DNA of 64,000 nucleotides from Mustelus asterias. Its lineage: Eukaryota. A model generated the notes under the pieces. It worked only from the letters and a program-made list of their open reading frames with translations. It was not told the origin of the DNA and did not search any database. The position numbers and the translations under genes were made by a program. Shown here piece after piece: positions 49,463-62,691 of the stretch. Positions within the stretch are counted from its first letter, which is position 1, and each line of letters starts with the position of its first letter. The DNA lies in assembly GCF_964213995.1 (NCBI RefSeq), contig NW_027590783.1, forward strand, positions 62,001-126,000. The letters are read 5' to 3'.

Positions 49463-50329
49463 GAGTTGTTGTTTGCTTTGGCCCTTGCAGCTGAAGATAA
49501 ACAGCTCAGATTGAATGTAGCAGTGTGGGCGGTGTCGTTCCTGGTAGGAAAAAAGAGGAGGAACAGTGCCAATTAAACAGTTGTTGGGGTAATGGAGAAT
49601 GTGTGCAAGGAGTGTAGTTGCTCCTATAGGGGGAACATACGGATACACCGGCTGAATGACTGGCTGCCGATATAAGCAACAGTGAGACTGTATTCCCGGC
49701 CCAGGGGTTAAGTTCTGGATAAAAGCAAATTACTGCGGATGCTGGAATCTCTGAAAAGGAGTCATCTGGATTCGAAGCTACAGCTCTTTTCTCTCCTTAC
49801 AGATGCGACCTGACCTGCTGAGGTTTTCCAACATTTTCTCATTTGGTTCCAGGGAGAAATGTGATGAATTTAGATTTTCCAAGTGAAGTTCAAATCCTGT
49901 CATGTACGCTTCCCATCATTCCTCATTGTGACTATGTTTTTAGGGAAAGTTATTTGAATTAAAGCAATGGGTACGGAGATGATCATCTCATTACCAATGT
50001 GTCACATCAGCTTCCCTGAGAGCATAATGACCAGGATTCGGCGCAGTGGCCCCACGTTCAATTTCCAGTCATGGAGTCAATCATCTTTTGTTCAATTCTT
50101 CATTTAATGAAAACACGACTCACAGCGCCTGTGAAGGGAGAAACAAGGTTAATCTTCCAGCTGGATGAACTTGTATCAGAGCTGGAAAAATCAAAGGTGT
50201 AACTTTGACAATAAACTCTGAAGAAGAGTCAGATGATACACACGACGCACATGTCAAATCTTGCCATTTTCAAGTTGCATCTTTTAACTTGCTTCCCCTG
50301 TGACTGAGGGAAGTGCAGTTGACGTAGTT

Positions 50330-51500
50330 TGTTTTGTTCGAGCAAAGCACTGAGAAGGTCCCACAAGGGAGACTGATTGAGAATATAGAAGCACTTGGAA
50401 TTCAGGAAACTGGGCGAGATGGATCGGAAAATGTCTTCATAATTGGACACATAGGGTAGTGGTAGAAGTCCGTTCTAATTAATGGAGGTGAGAGCACAGT
50501 GGCCTACGAGAGGTTTCAGTGCTGAGACGCTTTTTGTTTGTTACATGCATAAATAATATAGATAATAATTTGAGGGGAATTGTAAGAAGTTTGCAGCTGG
50601 TACAAAGATTGTTGGCGTGGTTAATATTGAAGACGAAAACCCTATGTTAAAAGAAGATCTCGATAGGTTGGTCAGATGGAACGAACAGTGGCAGATGGTG
50701 TATTAACCTGATAAGTGCGAGGTGATGCACTTTGGAAGAAATAATAACACAGGTGACTATTTCATGAATCGCAGGACATTAGGAAGCTCAGAGGAACATG
50801 TGGATTAGGAATACTAATAAACAGATCCCTGAAGGTGGCAGAGCAGTTGAATAGGATAGCTACAACGGCATAAGGGACACTTGTTTTTATCAGTCGTGGC
50901 ACAGAATATAAGGGCAAGGAATTAACGTTGGTGTTGTATAGAGCGGTGGTTAGGCCAGTGCTGGAGTACTGTGCGCAGTTCTGGCCAGCTCACTATAGGA
51001 AGGATATGATTGCACTAACAGGGGAACAGAGCAGATTCACCAAGATTTTTCCTGGGACGGAGCATTTGAGCGAAAAGGGGGAAGTGGATAGGGTTGGATT
51101 GTTTTCCTTTGAGCAGAGAAAGCTGAAGGAGTGCGGGGGCTGATTGTGGCATATAAGTTTGAGGTTCATGTACAGGGTGAAGGGAAAGCGTCTCTTCCCC
51201 TTTGTTGAGATGTTAATCACGAGGGGGCATAGTTTTAAGCTAAGGGGCTCGAGATTCGGCAGGTATTGTTTTCACGAAGAGGTTGTTGGGCATGTGCAGT
51301 ACAGCGCCTGCGAAGGTATTATTGGAGGCCAGAAAAGTTACAAACTTTAAAAAGTATCGGAATGAACACTTGAAACATAATAGCATTCAAGGATATGGGA
51401 CACGTGCTAGAAAATGGGATTAGCGGGATGTTCGTGGCAGTTATTGTTGTTGTACACTCGATGGGCCAAACCGTCCCTACTGCGCTGTACGACTCTATGA
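50330..51500 (+). mobile_element. Old degenerate CR1 RT / 3' region
   Basis: KVPH...KFA.GTKI...LEYCAQFW.AHY.KD motifs with stops; (GACTCTAT)n tail. Confidence 0.85.
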
Positions 51501-52559
51501 CTAAGCACAGTTCACGGTGAGGAGAAATGCAACATGTCCTCTGTCAGTGACCAACGCCTCTGCTGATAATCCGACCTATCAAGGAAAAAAAAGGCACAAC
51601 CAAACTGAGGAGAAACTGTGATAATGCGGGGATTGCGGGAAGGGATTCAAGTAACATAAAGAATGAGAGAAATAAATGGGGGGAAAAGCGCGGAAGAAAA
51701 TAAGACAGAGATTAATATATCAAATGTTGAACTCAATTTTGATTTCTCCTGGCTTTATCGTGTCCCCTTTTCATTTGATAATAACGTATTATATTTCTAT
51801 TTCAGTTCAGATGAAAGGTCAGAGAGCTGTCATCTGATCATCTGTTTCTCTCTTCACAGAGCCGAGTCTGATCTGCTGAGGACATGACATTCACAGTTTT
51901 ACATTCCAGTCTGGTGTGGATTGATAATGAGAAGCTCCTTTAATTGAGAAAAATAAATGTATTTGGGTTCTGACTTGAAACAAAATAAGCCGCACTCGTG
52001 AGTGAAATAAACATTTTCTGATTTGATGATGTCAGTCAAACCGAGCTTAAAGAGTTAGGACGTTGTATTTGCATATTTTCAATCCACCAGGACTATTCCT
52101 GCATCGAGGGAATTTTACACTATTGAAGCCAATATATTGGTAGCCATTCTAATTTCGGTTCAGTTGCAAACCGAACTTCTTGCACAGGTCCCACAGTCTC
52201 CCAAAACAGTCCGAGTGTCCGCGAAGTCTGAAGTCCACAATTCTGCATCTATTCTCCAGACACACATTCTTCTCAACTACCCGCCTATTTCTAAACTCAC
52301 TAACACGTGGCACCGGAGTAAGCCTGAGATGGCGAACTTCTTTTTTTTGTTTGATCTACTTCTTGGCTCCATGAGCACTGTTTGCAGGATTTCCTCGCTT
52401 GTTATCTTATTTTGTTCAATTCAATACTCATTACGATTTTTGTATACCACCTCCAGCCTCCTCCTCCCCCCCCCCTCGCCCCCCCCCCATGATCCCCCCT
52501 CTCCCCCCTCCAACCGCCAATCCTCCCCCCCAACCCCTCCACCTTCAGAAAAAGTTGCA

Positions 52560-53150
52560 GTCCTTTAGTGACATTCTGACCCTGGTACGAGGGAGGCAGC
52601 ACACCATCCCAGAAATGTAAGTCTTTTCCCCTTAGAATTGAATCCCTTCCTCTATAGCAATGTCATTTTCCTCCTCCCCTATTGTGCAGCAGACACATGC
52701 ATGTTGCCGCGACGTTGACTGTCACTGCTTTCCCCGGCGCAGTAAGCCCCCCACCCCCGCTCCACCACGAAGTAAACAGCAGAGCACCCCCTCCCCCACA
52801 CCACGAAAGAAACAGTAGCCAAAACGTTATATCTGCTCGATGCCCACAGGCGACTCCTGAACTACCTTCCTTCCTCTACTCCGCCTAGCGGTCACCCATG
52901 GGCTTTCTGCCTTTTCAACCTTCACCTGCGGTGTGGTTACATTCGGAACATGTTATCGACGACTTGCTCAGTTATGCGAATGCTCCACACTGAACCTCCT
53001 CAGCCTCAGCTTCGAAATGTGGTTAGCCAGTAGCTACATTTGGACACGCCTCCTGAACACGTGGTCACTCGTGACACCTGAAACTTGCACTGTTGCCATA
53101 TCGAACAATCGAAGCATAGGAGAGGTGCAAGCTCTCCTGCCATGACTACC
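52560..53150 (-). mobile_element. Degenerate CR1 ORF1-region fragment
   Basis: Similar to 33140-33690 (GGGAGGCAGCACACCAT..., GTCACCCA, AGGCGACTCCTG). Confidence 0.5.
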
Positions 53151-53989
53151 CTTAACCCCATCCGTCTAGCCCCCAACCGCTCCACGCTCTCCCCCACCCC
53201 ATCACACCTCCACCTCCCGCCCCGCCATCACACCTCCACCTCCCGCCCAATCATACACACACACACACAGAACACACACACAAAGCCGCAACAACGCACC
53301 AATTGGCTGCCTGGACACGTCAGAAAAGTTAGCTGGCAATCGCAGTTTGCATGTTGCGTATGGGATTCATGGTCATGTGTTGGTAAATACGGTAATAGGA
53401 TGTATCAAATTGATTGAATGTGTAGCGCACATTTCCGTACAGTATGGTATTTGGACGCAATATTGAGCACAAACATGCCTTCTGATCTTCACTTTGATTG
53501 CTAGCCTAGAAAGATATCCGCCAATCTATTGCTTTTGCTCATGGTCCTTCAAACGAATGAGCATTTCCGGCGATTATCACCGTTTTATTTCATTGATGTT
53601 TTTTTTCGATTTTTCTCTAATATTTATTCCCCTCATTTGGGACGCCTGGCTCCTCACGTTGTGCTCTTGGACCAATGAATGCCCCGATTCCATTTAATGG
53701 AAAATCAAAAGTGAACTGTTTCTGTCAGAACGGCAGGCCTGGGTTGGCGGGGGGGGGGGGGGGGGGGGTGCGGCGGCTTGTGGGGGGGGGGGGGCGGTTG
53801 TTTCCCCCAGCAGAGTAGCCTTGGTTGATGAATATAACCAGAAGACAATTGCAATGTTCATAGCCTGGGGCCAGTTAACTCAGGAAATACATATCTGGAC
53901 ATTCCCCCATTTTAATTTTACTCAGAATGGAGTTCATCGCTAAATTTCAGTGGATAAATGAATAAGAACCCGCGTTTTTATTTATATAT

Positions 53990-54185
53990 CTGTGTCAGTG
54001 TGTTTTCCGTATGTGTGTCTTTTCTGTGTATGTGTGTGTGTGTGTGCGCGTGTGTCTGTCTGTATCTATGTGTTTGACTGTGTGTCTGCGTGTGCCTGAC
54101 TGTATGTGGATGTCTGTGTGTCTTTGTTTGTGTCCCTGTGTTTGTGTCCCTGTGTTTTGTGAGTTTCTGTGTGTGTCTGTGTATA
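53990..54185 (+). repeat. Degenerate (TG)n microsatellite
   Basis: Seen directly. Confidence 0.9.
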
Positions 54186-54404
54186 ACTGTACCTAATTTT
54201 ATCTGTAATAGAGAACCTATGTGGCGAAAGAGAGAATATGTTTTTGTGATTGTGTGTGAAGAGAGAGAGACAGATAATGCGCGTATTTTTGTCTGTAAGA
54301 GTGTATGCGTTTGAGAGAGAGAGAAATTGTGCTCAAAACGTGTTTCATTTTAATCAAAAACACATCTAAAAATTATGTTTATCACATTCTGTTATTTTTT
54401 CCAG

Positions 54405-54712
54405 CGCACAGCCAGCTGGATGAACTTTTCCTAAAGCCCACAGTAGTAGCAGTGAGTGAAGGGGGTACTGTGGTGTTGTGCTGTCACTACCCCGCCACAT
54501 ACACAGCAGCTTACCTATATTGGTACGTACAGTACTCGGGACAGGGCCATCAGTACATGCTGTTCAGACATACTGCTGGTAATGAAGAGAACGCGCCGGC
54601 ATTTGGAAAGCGGCTTTTTGCTGTATAGGATGAAATGATCACAAACATCCCTTTGAACATCACAGACACTCAGCTTTCTGACTCAGCCATGTATTACTGC
54701 GCGGCGATGAAG
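54405..54712 (+). pseudogene. T-cell receptor alpha/delta-type V gene segment, pseudogene (in-frame TAG at 54626-54628)
   Basis: Acceptor ttttttccag, then HSQLDELFLKPTVVAVSEGGTVVLCCHY...YLYWYVQYSGQG...RLFAV*DE...LNITDTQLSDSAMYYCAAMK: an Ig V-set with Cys23, Trp41 and D-x-A-x-YYC. Confidence 0.88.
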
Positions 54713-54751
54713 CACCACGTTACATCGAGCCTTAACACTCGTACAAAAGCT
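54713..54751 (+). promoter_or_regulatory. Recombination signal sequence, 23-bp spacer (degenerate heptamer)
   Basis: CACCACG + 23 nt + ACAAAAGCT directly after YYCAAMK. Confidence 0.7.
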
Positions 54752-56489
54752 AACAATTCGAGGTGGTCTGTGGCATGACCGCATGGTGGATTTGTTAACA
54801 CGCTCTTTCGGAGAATGTGCGCAGACGCGATGGGCCAAGTGGCCACCATCTGCACTGCAGGGATCGCATGCATTCCATGGATCCCGAATTGTCCTGAAAG
54901 TAAATGGCTTGCTGCTGGGTTCAGAGAGTAGTTAAGAGTCAATCTGGAGTCGCATGTCGGTCAGGTTAAGGGGAGATGGCGATGTCCTCCCCTGACGCCC
55001 TGAAGGACATTGCTGAGTAAATTAATTTTCCATGTCAAACGATGGAAATTCACGGTCACCATTATTGATATTAATTTTAAATCACTGACTTTGTTAATAT
55101 AACATTTACCAGTTTCAAATGTTAGAATTGAATCAATTGGTGTGGAAGATTAACATGGCCCTCTGACTAATTAGCGGTGACATTGTCACGTACCCACTGT
55201 TTCCTCTGTAAGGGATGTTATTTTCCAGACATTGCAACAATGACTGCATTGTGAAAGTACCGCATTGGCTGTCACATGCTTTAGGATAACTGGTGGTGCT
55301 GAAATTTATTTGTTTCCAGTTTCCAATTCTCCAGAATGGCTAAACTTTCAATGATTTATCTGAGGAATTTGCTGCTGATAATGAACACTATAAAGCGCTG
55401 AAGGTTTATCTTAGTCTCTAACTCTGACGTTACACAACGTGTTGGTGTTTCATATGCCCTATTAAAACAATTCCCCTTCTCTGTTCTGATCTTCATTACT
55501 CCACTTTAATTTTCAATTGCTTCAAATTGAATTTAATAATTTGATCATCAGAATGAACTTGGAGCGGAAATCTGTGATCTCAGTAGCATTTGCAGGAGCT
55601 GAACATTTTTCTATGAATCATCTTCAGCAGAGAATTACACATCCTTACATTCGGTCACTGTTTCTATCAGGAGTTACATGTAGATGAGAAAATGCCGTTA
55701 GAACCGGATATGCACCTGTATCTGACTGAGGTAACTGGGACCGCAACTGTCAATCTCAGGTGATGGCAGCAGCGAGAAGCTCCACCTCCCGAGCTCGCTT
55801 TATAATAACGTTAGCGGTTAAACTGACAACGGTGCACTTTCTTTTCTCAAGGAATCTTCATTCGGGTAAAGGTGACAAAGTGAGCATTTCATTAATTGGA
55901 CGACTGATTTTGCAAGTTATGGTCACAGCGAGGACGTAAGGTAAAAAAAAATCTGCTGAATAAGTGCTAACTGAAAGTTTAACAGAATTGTCCATAAGTG
56001 AAACTATAAACTTATAAATCCCTTTGAATTTGTGAAATCTTAATCCCGGATTCTAAAAGTCCTGCATGAACTAAACATTCATAAAAGATCCGTTATTTAT
56101 CATATATTCCCTGCACTTTATCAATGTGTGTCACATTCTGTGTTCGCTATGTCGTACATGTGAATTCTAATATATTGCTGTTAAATTAAAGCAATTCGAA
56201 CCTTCAGCAGTGTCAGTGATTACTGTGCGTTCACACACACTCAGTGTGTGAATCGCAGCATTGTACATTGATGCCATTGAATGATAAATGTTACTTCCTT
56301 CTGAATATCATTATCCCGTTTGAAATTTCAATCTTTGCAGTTTGTGCGATTGGATCAGTTACTGTCCGATTGCCAGGAGACTGGCGGCTGTCCCCGACGA
56401 AAAACACTGAATGTTATGACATATGAGCGGGAACAGGAGGAGACACCGAGCCTCACTACGGATAGAACTTTGTTTCCCATTTCATCCAG

Positions 56490-56796
56490 GTTTTAGTCAG
56501 GAATTCTCTGTTACCCAACGCCGTCCAAAAGTGATTAGGACAGAAGGAGACATTACAACTTTAAACTGCATCTACTTTACGACAGAAAATTCCTTCAGTT
56601 TATTCTGGGTCCGACAATTCCTTGGGAGAGAACCTCAAATACTAAATCGCAGATTTTCGGCTGGTTACGAAATTAAAGCGGATTTTGCTCGAAGCCGTTT
56701 CTCCTCTGGGCTGGACAGTTCGAGTGGAAACTTTACCTTAACCGTCTCCAAACTGCGGCTCTCTGATACAGCCATGTACTACTGCGCACTGACTCT
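56490..56796 (+). CDS. T-cell receptor alpha/delta-type V gene segment (V exon, open frame; leader exon not identified)
   Basis: Acceptor ttcatccag, then GFSQEFSVTQRRPKVIRTEGDITTLNCIY...LFWVRQFLGREPQ...RFS...FTLTVSKLRLSDTAMYYCALT; V-set hallmarks with a TRAV/TRDV-like YYCAL end. Confidence 0.92.
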
Positions 56797-56835
56797 CACA
56801 GCGATACCAACCTGTTCAATACTCGTACAATAACT
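56797..56835 (+). promoter_or_regulatory. Recombination signal sequence, 23-bp spacer
   Basis: CACAGCG + exactly 23 nt + ACAATAACT (consensus CACAGTG-23-ACAAAAACC). Confidence 0.9.
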
Positions 56836-57129
56836 GGAGGGTATGTGACATGTAGCTGAGCTCTACGTGCGGCTGGGCAGACTCACAATGAGTGGAATAT
56901 TAATGGATATTAGGCACGAAATCAAGTGAAATACTAAAAATTATTATTTTTTAATCTTAGGGAGCGGTTGATTTTATATGTGTTTCAATGCATAATGACG
57001 TTTCTTCGATTAATGCAAGACTGGGTGAGCAACCTCCCAATAAATTGGAAGCATTTCCAGGCGGTTATGGAAGTTCATCTCACTCGCAGTCAGATTTTCT
57101 GGTTGGATGGTTGTTTCGTTGGCCAGTAA

Positions 57130-57405
57130 TGTTACAGCAGTAAGCTTGCACGTTCCCCCCGTCTCTGCGTCGGTTTCCTCCGGGTGCTCCGGTTTCCTCA
57201 CACAAAGACGTACACGCTTGGTGGATTAGCCATGGTAAATTGGACCCCATTGTCCCAAGATTTACCATGTGTGCGGTTTCTGGGTTCCGGCGGGGCGAGG
57301 GCTCTGTCAGGGAGTTGTTGCATTGAAAAGATGCTCTGTCAAAGTCGGCGCAGCCTCAATGGGACCAGTGCCCTCCCTTTGCTCTGTCTGGCTACTATGA
57401 TTATA
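57130..57405 (+). mobile_element. V-SINE fragment
   Basis: GGTTTCCTCCGGGTGCTCCGGTTTCCTC V-domain and degenerate tail. Confidence 0.7.
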
Positions 57406-57693
57406 TGAACGCCGTAATTGACAGCTCAGCAATGTCAAAATACGCGACCGGCTGAACAGCCGTTTCTGTGTCACTATGATGGGCTACCTGCCCCTGTGAA
57501 ACATGACTATTTCTGCTAATACGGCTTTGGATGTAATGAAATGCTGTTGATTTGGGGGCAGTGTCTTCTGAGTTTTTAGCATATTAATGTCAGCGCATAA
57601 CAACACATTGTTCTCACACTTGCTGTTGCTGCCACATTGAATGGAAAACGTCAAATGCTTTGAGTGACCATTTGCAGAGGGCGTCTGGGTTCT

Positions 57694-57764
57694 GGCTTCA
57701 CTGGTGTAATGATGAGCACTCTGGACTTCGAATCCAGCGTGCCGAGTTCAAACCTCGGTGGAAA
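57694..57764 (+). pseudogene. tRNA-Gln pseudogene
   Basis: TGGTGTAATGATGAGCACTCTGGACTTCGAATCCAGCG..CCGAGTTCAAACCTCGGTGGAA. Its flank (57600-58050) is an inverted paralogue of ~37740-38140 and ~39140-39500. Confidence 0.7.
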
Positions 57765-58163
57765 TTTGTTTTGCTAAAGCCGGCGATTGGTTTGCTAAAG
57801 GACATTTTATTTAAAATTCTCAGAAAGTGGAATTTTAAACTCTGAGGAAATCTCAGCAAATCCCACCGAAATCACATTGCAGACGATGCAGCGAATGACT
57901 CTCCTGGTGACATTGCATCATACCCATCGAACGACTGCACAAGAAAGCAAAGCTTTCACAGGCAGAGACGCCACAATGGGCAGAGGGTCCACCTATAGGT
58001 GTCCCTCACTCACTCATCTGTCCCAATTTAAAGAAGAGGTGGGACGGTGAGAATAGTCGCTCCTCTGAAATTCCAACTCACATTACTGAATTCAATGCCC
58101 AGAGTAAACTTTATAACATGAAACTGAAAGGACTCTGCCGATGGCACGAGGACTTTCTCCCAA

Positions 58164-59125
58164 AACACACACACACATACACACACACACACACACTTTC
58201 TCTCTCTCTCTCTCAGGTGCGCACACACCATTACACACGCACACAATAACACACGCACACACACAATCACACACAATCACACACACACACACTAAATCAC
58301 ACACACAAAATCACGCACACAATCACACGCACAATCACACGCACACAATCGCACACAATCACACACAGACACACATACACGCACTCAATCGCAAACACAC
58401 ACAAACACATAATCACACATACAAACACACGGACACACATACACGCACACAATCACACGAACAATCACGCAGGCACACATACACGCACACAATCACACAC
58501 ACACACACACACACACAGACACACGCGCATACGCGCACACAATCCCACACACACAAATGCACACAATCGCATACACACACACACACACACACACAAAGAT
58601 AACGCGGTTCGTACAGATTCAGGGGCACACACAGATTCAGGGGCACTCACGGATAGCGGGGCACACAGATACAGGAGCACACACACACAGACTCAGAAAC
58701 TGGGGCATACAGAGATACGGGGGCACACACAGATTCAGGGGCATGCACAGCGTAAGTGGGGCAAACACAGACTCAGGGCACATGCAGGTGCAGGCGCACA
58801 CACACAGATACTGGGGCATACACAGATACAAGGGCACATACAGAATCAGGGCATACACACAGAGATACTGGGGCATACACAGCTACAAGGGCGCACACAG
58901 AATCAGGGGCATACACACAGAGATACTGGGGCATACTCACAGAGATACTGAGGCATGCACAGATACAAGGGCACAAACAGAATCAGGGGCATACGCACAG
59001 AGATGTGGAGCATACATAGACACTGGGGCATACAAACAATCAGGGGCATGCACACAAAGATAGTGGGGCTTACACGGATACAGGGGCTTACACAGATTCA
59101 GGGACGTACACAGCGATACAGGGAC
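58164..59125 (+). repeat. (CA)n-derived microsatellite (58164-58595) grading into a ~16-18-bp minisatellite, CACACAGAT(A/T)CAGGGG (58605-59125)
   Basis: Seen directly. Confidence 0.9.
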
Positions 59126-59374
59126 ATCATCGGAGATAGAAGCGCACAGTGATGTGACCACAGATGGTGCCAAACCGACTGAGAACTTACAAAGTCTGCT
59201 GTTTATATTTTTGTTCTCGGTTTTTTTGTTACATATCACACACAGCAAGTCGGCAATGATCAGTAGATTGAGGACAGGGTTAAACATTCACCAGACTGAC
59301 ATATTTAGCACCGTAAAATTCTGAGATAGAAAGTAGTGAATTTAAACTAATCGTGCGTCAGTTCCTTTCACTGC

Positions 59375-59520
59375 CATAGAACATAGAACATGACAGCGCA
59401 GCACAGGCCCTTCGGCCCTCGATGTTGCGCCGAACTGTGAAACCAATCGAAAGCCCATCTAACCTATACTATTCCAACATCATCCATATGTTTATCCGAT
59501 GAGCATTTAAATGCCCTGTC
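59375..59520 (-). mobile_element. CR1 3' tail fragment
   Basis: CATAGAACATAGAACAT...ACAGGCCCTTCGGCCC. Confidence 0.75.
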
Positions 59521-61256
59521 TGCTCTGTGTTGCCTTGTATGTTTCACTGGAGCGAGAGTGATGAGTTTGGAGGATTTTGGAATTTGGAAGATACACATGA
59601 GCAGCTTATGGGATTGTTTCACCTCGCTGTCTATTTCATGTACCGGGTAACAGCAACCGCTGTTACTGGCGGAAGGAGCCACTCCTGTTCCATCGAAACA
59701 TGGCATTTTGTCAGTCTCTGGTATGAAAAAATACTGGAATGGAGCTGAAGCGCAAAAGTAGTACAGATCGGTGAGATGAAAGTGCAGACAGACGCCTTCC
59801 CTGATTCGATGCTTCTACTGTCGCGGCCCGCGTTCAATCCCCAGTCCGGGATGCAGCTCCATTGTTCTCGTACAGCACATGAATGGAAAGGAGCTGGAAT
59901 TGCTTCCAGATACAGATGCGCATATGTGGACATACTATCTACACGATCTGGTATTACGTCTCTACTTCCTGATCGAAATCATGAGTGATACTCATGCCGG
60001 TTTGCAAAACAAGAATCAAATCTCTGTCTCGCTCCGCAATCCTATCAATTGCCCCCAACAATTTATATTCCATTGCCTCTGCTGGTTCATTTTATCAAAA
60101 TGAATAATGATGCATTCTATACATTAACTCTGAGCCATGATATGATCGAGGGAAGGTATTTCATGACGTTTAAACTAAAACAATTGAAATTTCTACAGCA
60201 ATGAGATTGGATCCCAAGCCTCCACAAAACCTCAATTCATTCCCTCGGACAACTCCTCAACTTTACCAGTAGGGAAATACATTCGGTTGCTTTTGGCAGT
60301 GAACAGAATCGATGGTGTTGGAGTGGATCATATTTCCCTTTGCACCTCCTCTACCACATAATAACCTCGTGTTGGATCGCCAGCTCAACACCAATTTCCC
60401 ACCTCGTCCCGACTTCATTTTATTCCCTGAGAGTTCAAAAATCTCACCATCTCAGCCTTCAACATTCTCATTGGTTGAGGATCCACAAACCCCTGGGCAA
60501 CAGAATTCCAATGATTCACAAGCCTTGGAGCGAAGAACTGGCTCCTTACCTCGGTCCTAAATGTCTGACACACCAGTCGGAAAATGTAAGTCCTGTTCTC
60601 GACACTCCACCCGGGAAACCGGTGGTTGGGGGGCGGGGGAGAGAGGCGGGGCGGGGGGGGGGGGGGCGGATGGCGCCGGGGTGGGGTGGGGGAGGCGGGG
60701 AGGGTGTGCAATCTCTCAGCATGTACACTGTCAAACTCACTGGCAGTTCCAGCCTTTTCAATGAGATAATTTCTCATTATTCCAAACCCTAGAGAGAACA
60801 TAGTCATCCCACTGAATCCCTCCTCCAAGGGCAACTGCCTCATCACAGCAATCAATCCAGTGAACTTTGGTTACACAAACAGCGAGAGCTTAGAGAGAAA
60901 TAAGAGCATAATAGGGAAAGGAGATGGAGGCACAGAGAGATTAGGAGAGTGAAAGAGACTGAGGTCGATACACAGAAGCAAGGGGAAACATAAAGAGACA
61001 GAGAGTTGAGTAGTCAGCCATAACACACGAATGAACAACCAGGGGCCGGAACCCACAAGCATTGGGTCCTCTGAATCGTTGACTAGGTATAAAGAGAATG
61101 TCCACAAGAGTAGTGAACATTTGAAAACGTCTTGAATTAGTTGTGAGTGCGTTGGGTTGTTGGATTGCCTGCATTGTCAGGTTCTCAAACCAAACCGCAT
61201 CCTGCCGTGTGCACGGCAAAGAAATGAACAAAACTTGGCCATCGCAAACAACAACA

Positions 61257-61346
61257 GGACTCGCCCGGAATTCGAACCCGGGCTTTCTCGCAGCCTTGCG
61301 AATCCCGACAAATAAAGCGAGAATCAAACCCCCAAACCAACGAGCT
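61257..61346 (-). pseudogene. Third intron-containing tRNA-Pro copy, anticodon destroyed
   Basis: 90 nt on the same scaffold; 18-nt insert tgtcgggattcgcaaggc; anticodon position reads TAT. Confidence 0.7.
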
Positions 61347-62264
61347 GCGGTTGCGAAAGCTGTTCCAATACAGATACTTATATTGTCATCTAAATCTGAT
61401 CAGTCTGAAAGCGCTGGAAACACTCAGGAAGCCAGGCAGCATGAGCGCACAGGGAAAGGTTTCTCTTTTTACACCTCCATAACCTTTCATTTAAATGGAT
61501 GTTTGGAAATGTCGGAAGTTTTAAACAAGTGAAATCGAGGAGCTAGGAAACACAACAACAGGAAAGGGCTGTGATCGGGTACAATTCAGGAGAGATAAAT
61601 GAGCCTGCACTTTGCGGTCCATGGCCTGAGCGTGAGGAAAGCAGAATATCACATAATATTTATACCACAGAATGAGACCATTCACAAGATCTTTGAAGCA
61701 GTCAGGTGTGCTGTGGATAATAGGGAACAGGTGGGTGTACTGTATAGTGATGACACAGGAGCCGCAGTGATGAGTTTGATAGATTTTGGTAATTGAAAGT
61801 AACACATGAGCAGCTTGTGTGACTGTTTCACCTCATTGCCCCTTTCATACTGCAACGAACAGTAATCGTTGTTGCCATTGGATAAAGGAGTCACTTATGT
61901 TCTACCTGAACAGAACTCTTGTGGAAATAGATCTGACATGAAAATAATGAAATGTAAAATGAAGGAAATTAGATTAAATATCAAACGTATTAGAAATATT
62001 GGGGCATCCAACCTATTCGAAATATTGGGTTCACAAGAAGTGACATGAATTGATGTTGTGATCGCAGATATAGAACTGGAACCCACCATCACACTGAGTG
62101 AATCCGCTGTCTCGTTAAATGTTGACCAAAGAAAATTTTTGACCATCTTCCACATTGGAAAGTACGGGAGCTCAGACAATAAGCTGTCTCCACTCACAAA
62201 TAACAGAAAGGGTCAATTTCATCTCGCAACTTTAAGCCTTTACCATCTTCTGTACATTAATCAT

Positions 62265-62625
62265 GGGGCGGCACGGTAGCACAGTGTTTAGCACTGCTGC
62301 TTCACAGCTCCACGGTAGCACAGTGGTTAGCAGTGCTGCTTCACAGCTCCAGAGTCCCGGGTTCGATTCCCGGCTCGGGTCACTCTCTGTGTGGAGTTTG
62401 CACATTCCCCTCGTGTCTGCGTGGGTTTCCTCCTGGTGCTCCGGTTTTCGTCCACAGATGTGCGGGTTAGGTTGATAGGCCAGGTTAACAATTGTCCCTT
62501 AGAGTCCTGCGATGCGTAGGTTAGAGGGATTCGTGGGTAAATATGTGGGGATAGGGCCTGGGTGGGATTGTGGTCGGTGCAGACTCGATGGGCCAAATGG
62601 CCTCCTTCTGCACTGCAGGGTTCCT
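62265..62625 (+). mobile_element. HE1-type SINE with a 39-bp tandem duplication of its A-box head
   Basis: CACGGTAGCACAGTG.TTAGCA.TGCTGCTTCACAGCTC occurs twice, then B box, V-domain and tail. Confidence 0.9.
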
Positions 62626-62691
62626 AAAAAAAAAGATTTATAAAGTAAGTAAACAGACTGTGTGATGGTTAAATAAAAATGCGTTCCCTCC

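Noticed and set aside
56423-56489. N-terminal MSGNRRRH... extension of the V ORF (and MRLRERE... at 54305)
   Set aside because: This is intronic sequence upstream of a clear polypyrimidine-AG acceptor, not a signal peptide.
59144-59185. Perfect heptamer CACAGTG as an RSS
   Set aside because: No nonamer at 12- or 23-bp spacing and no coding segment adjacent.
58028-59287. His/Thr- or Cys/Val-rich ORFs (also at 54011-54314)
   Set aside because: They are translations of CA/TG micro- and minisatellites.
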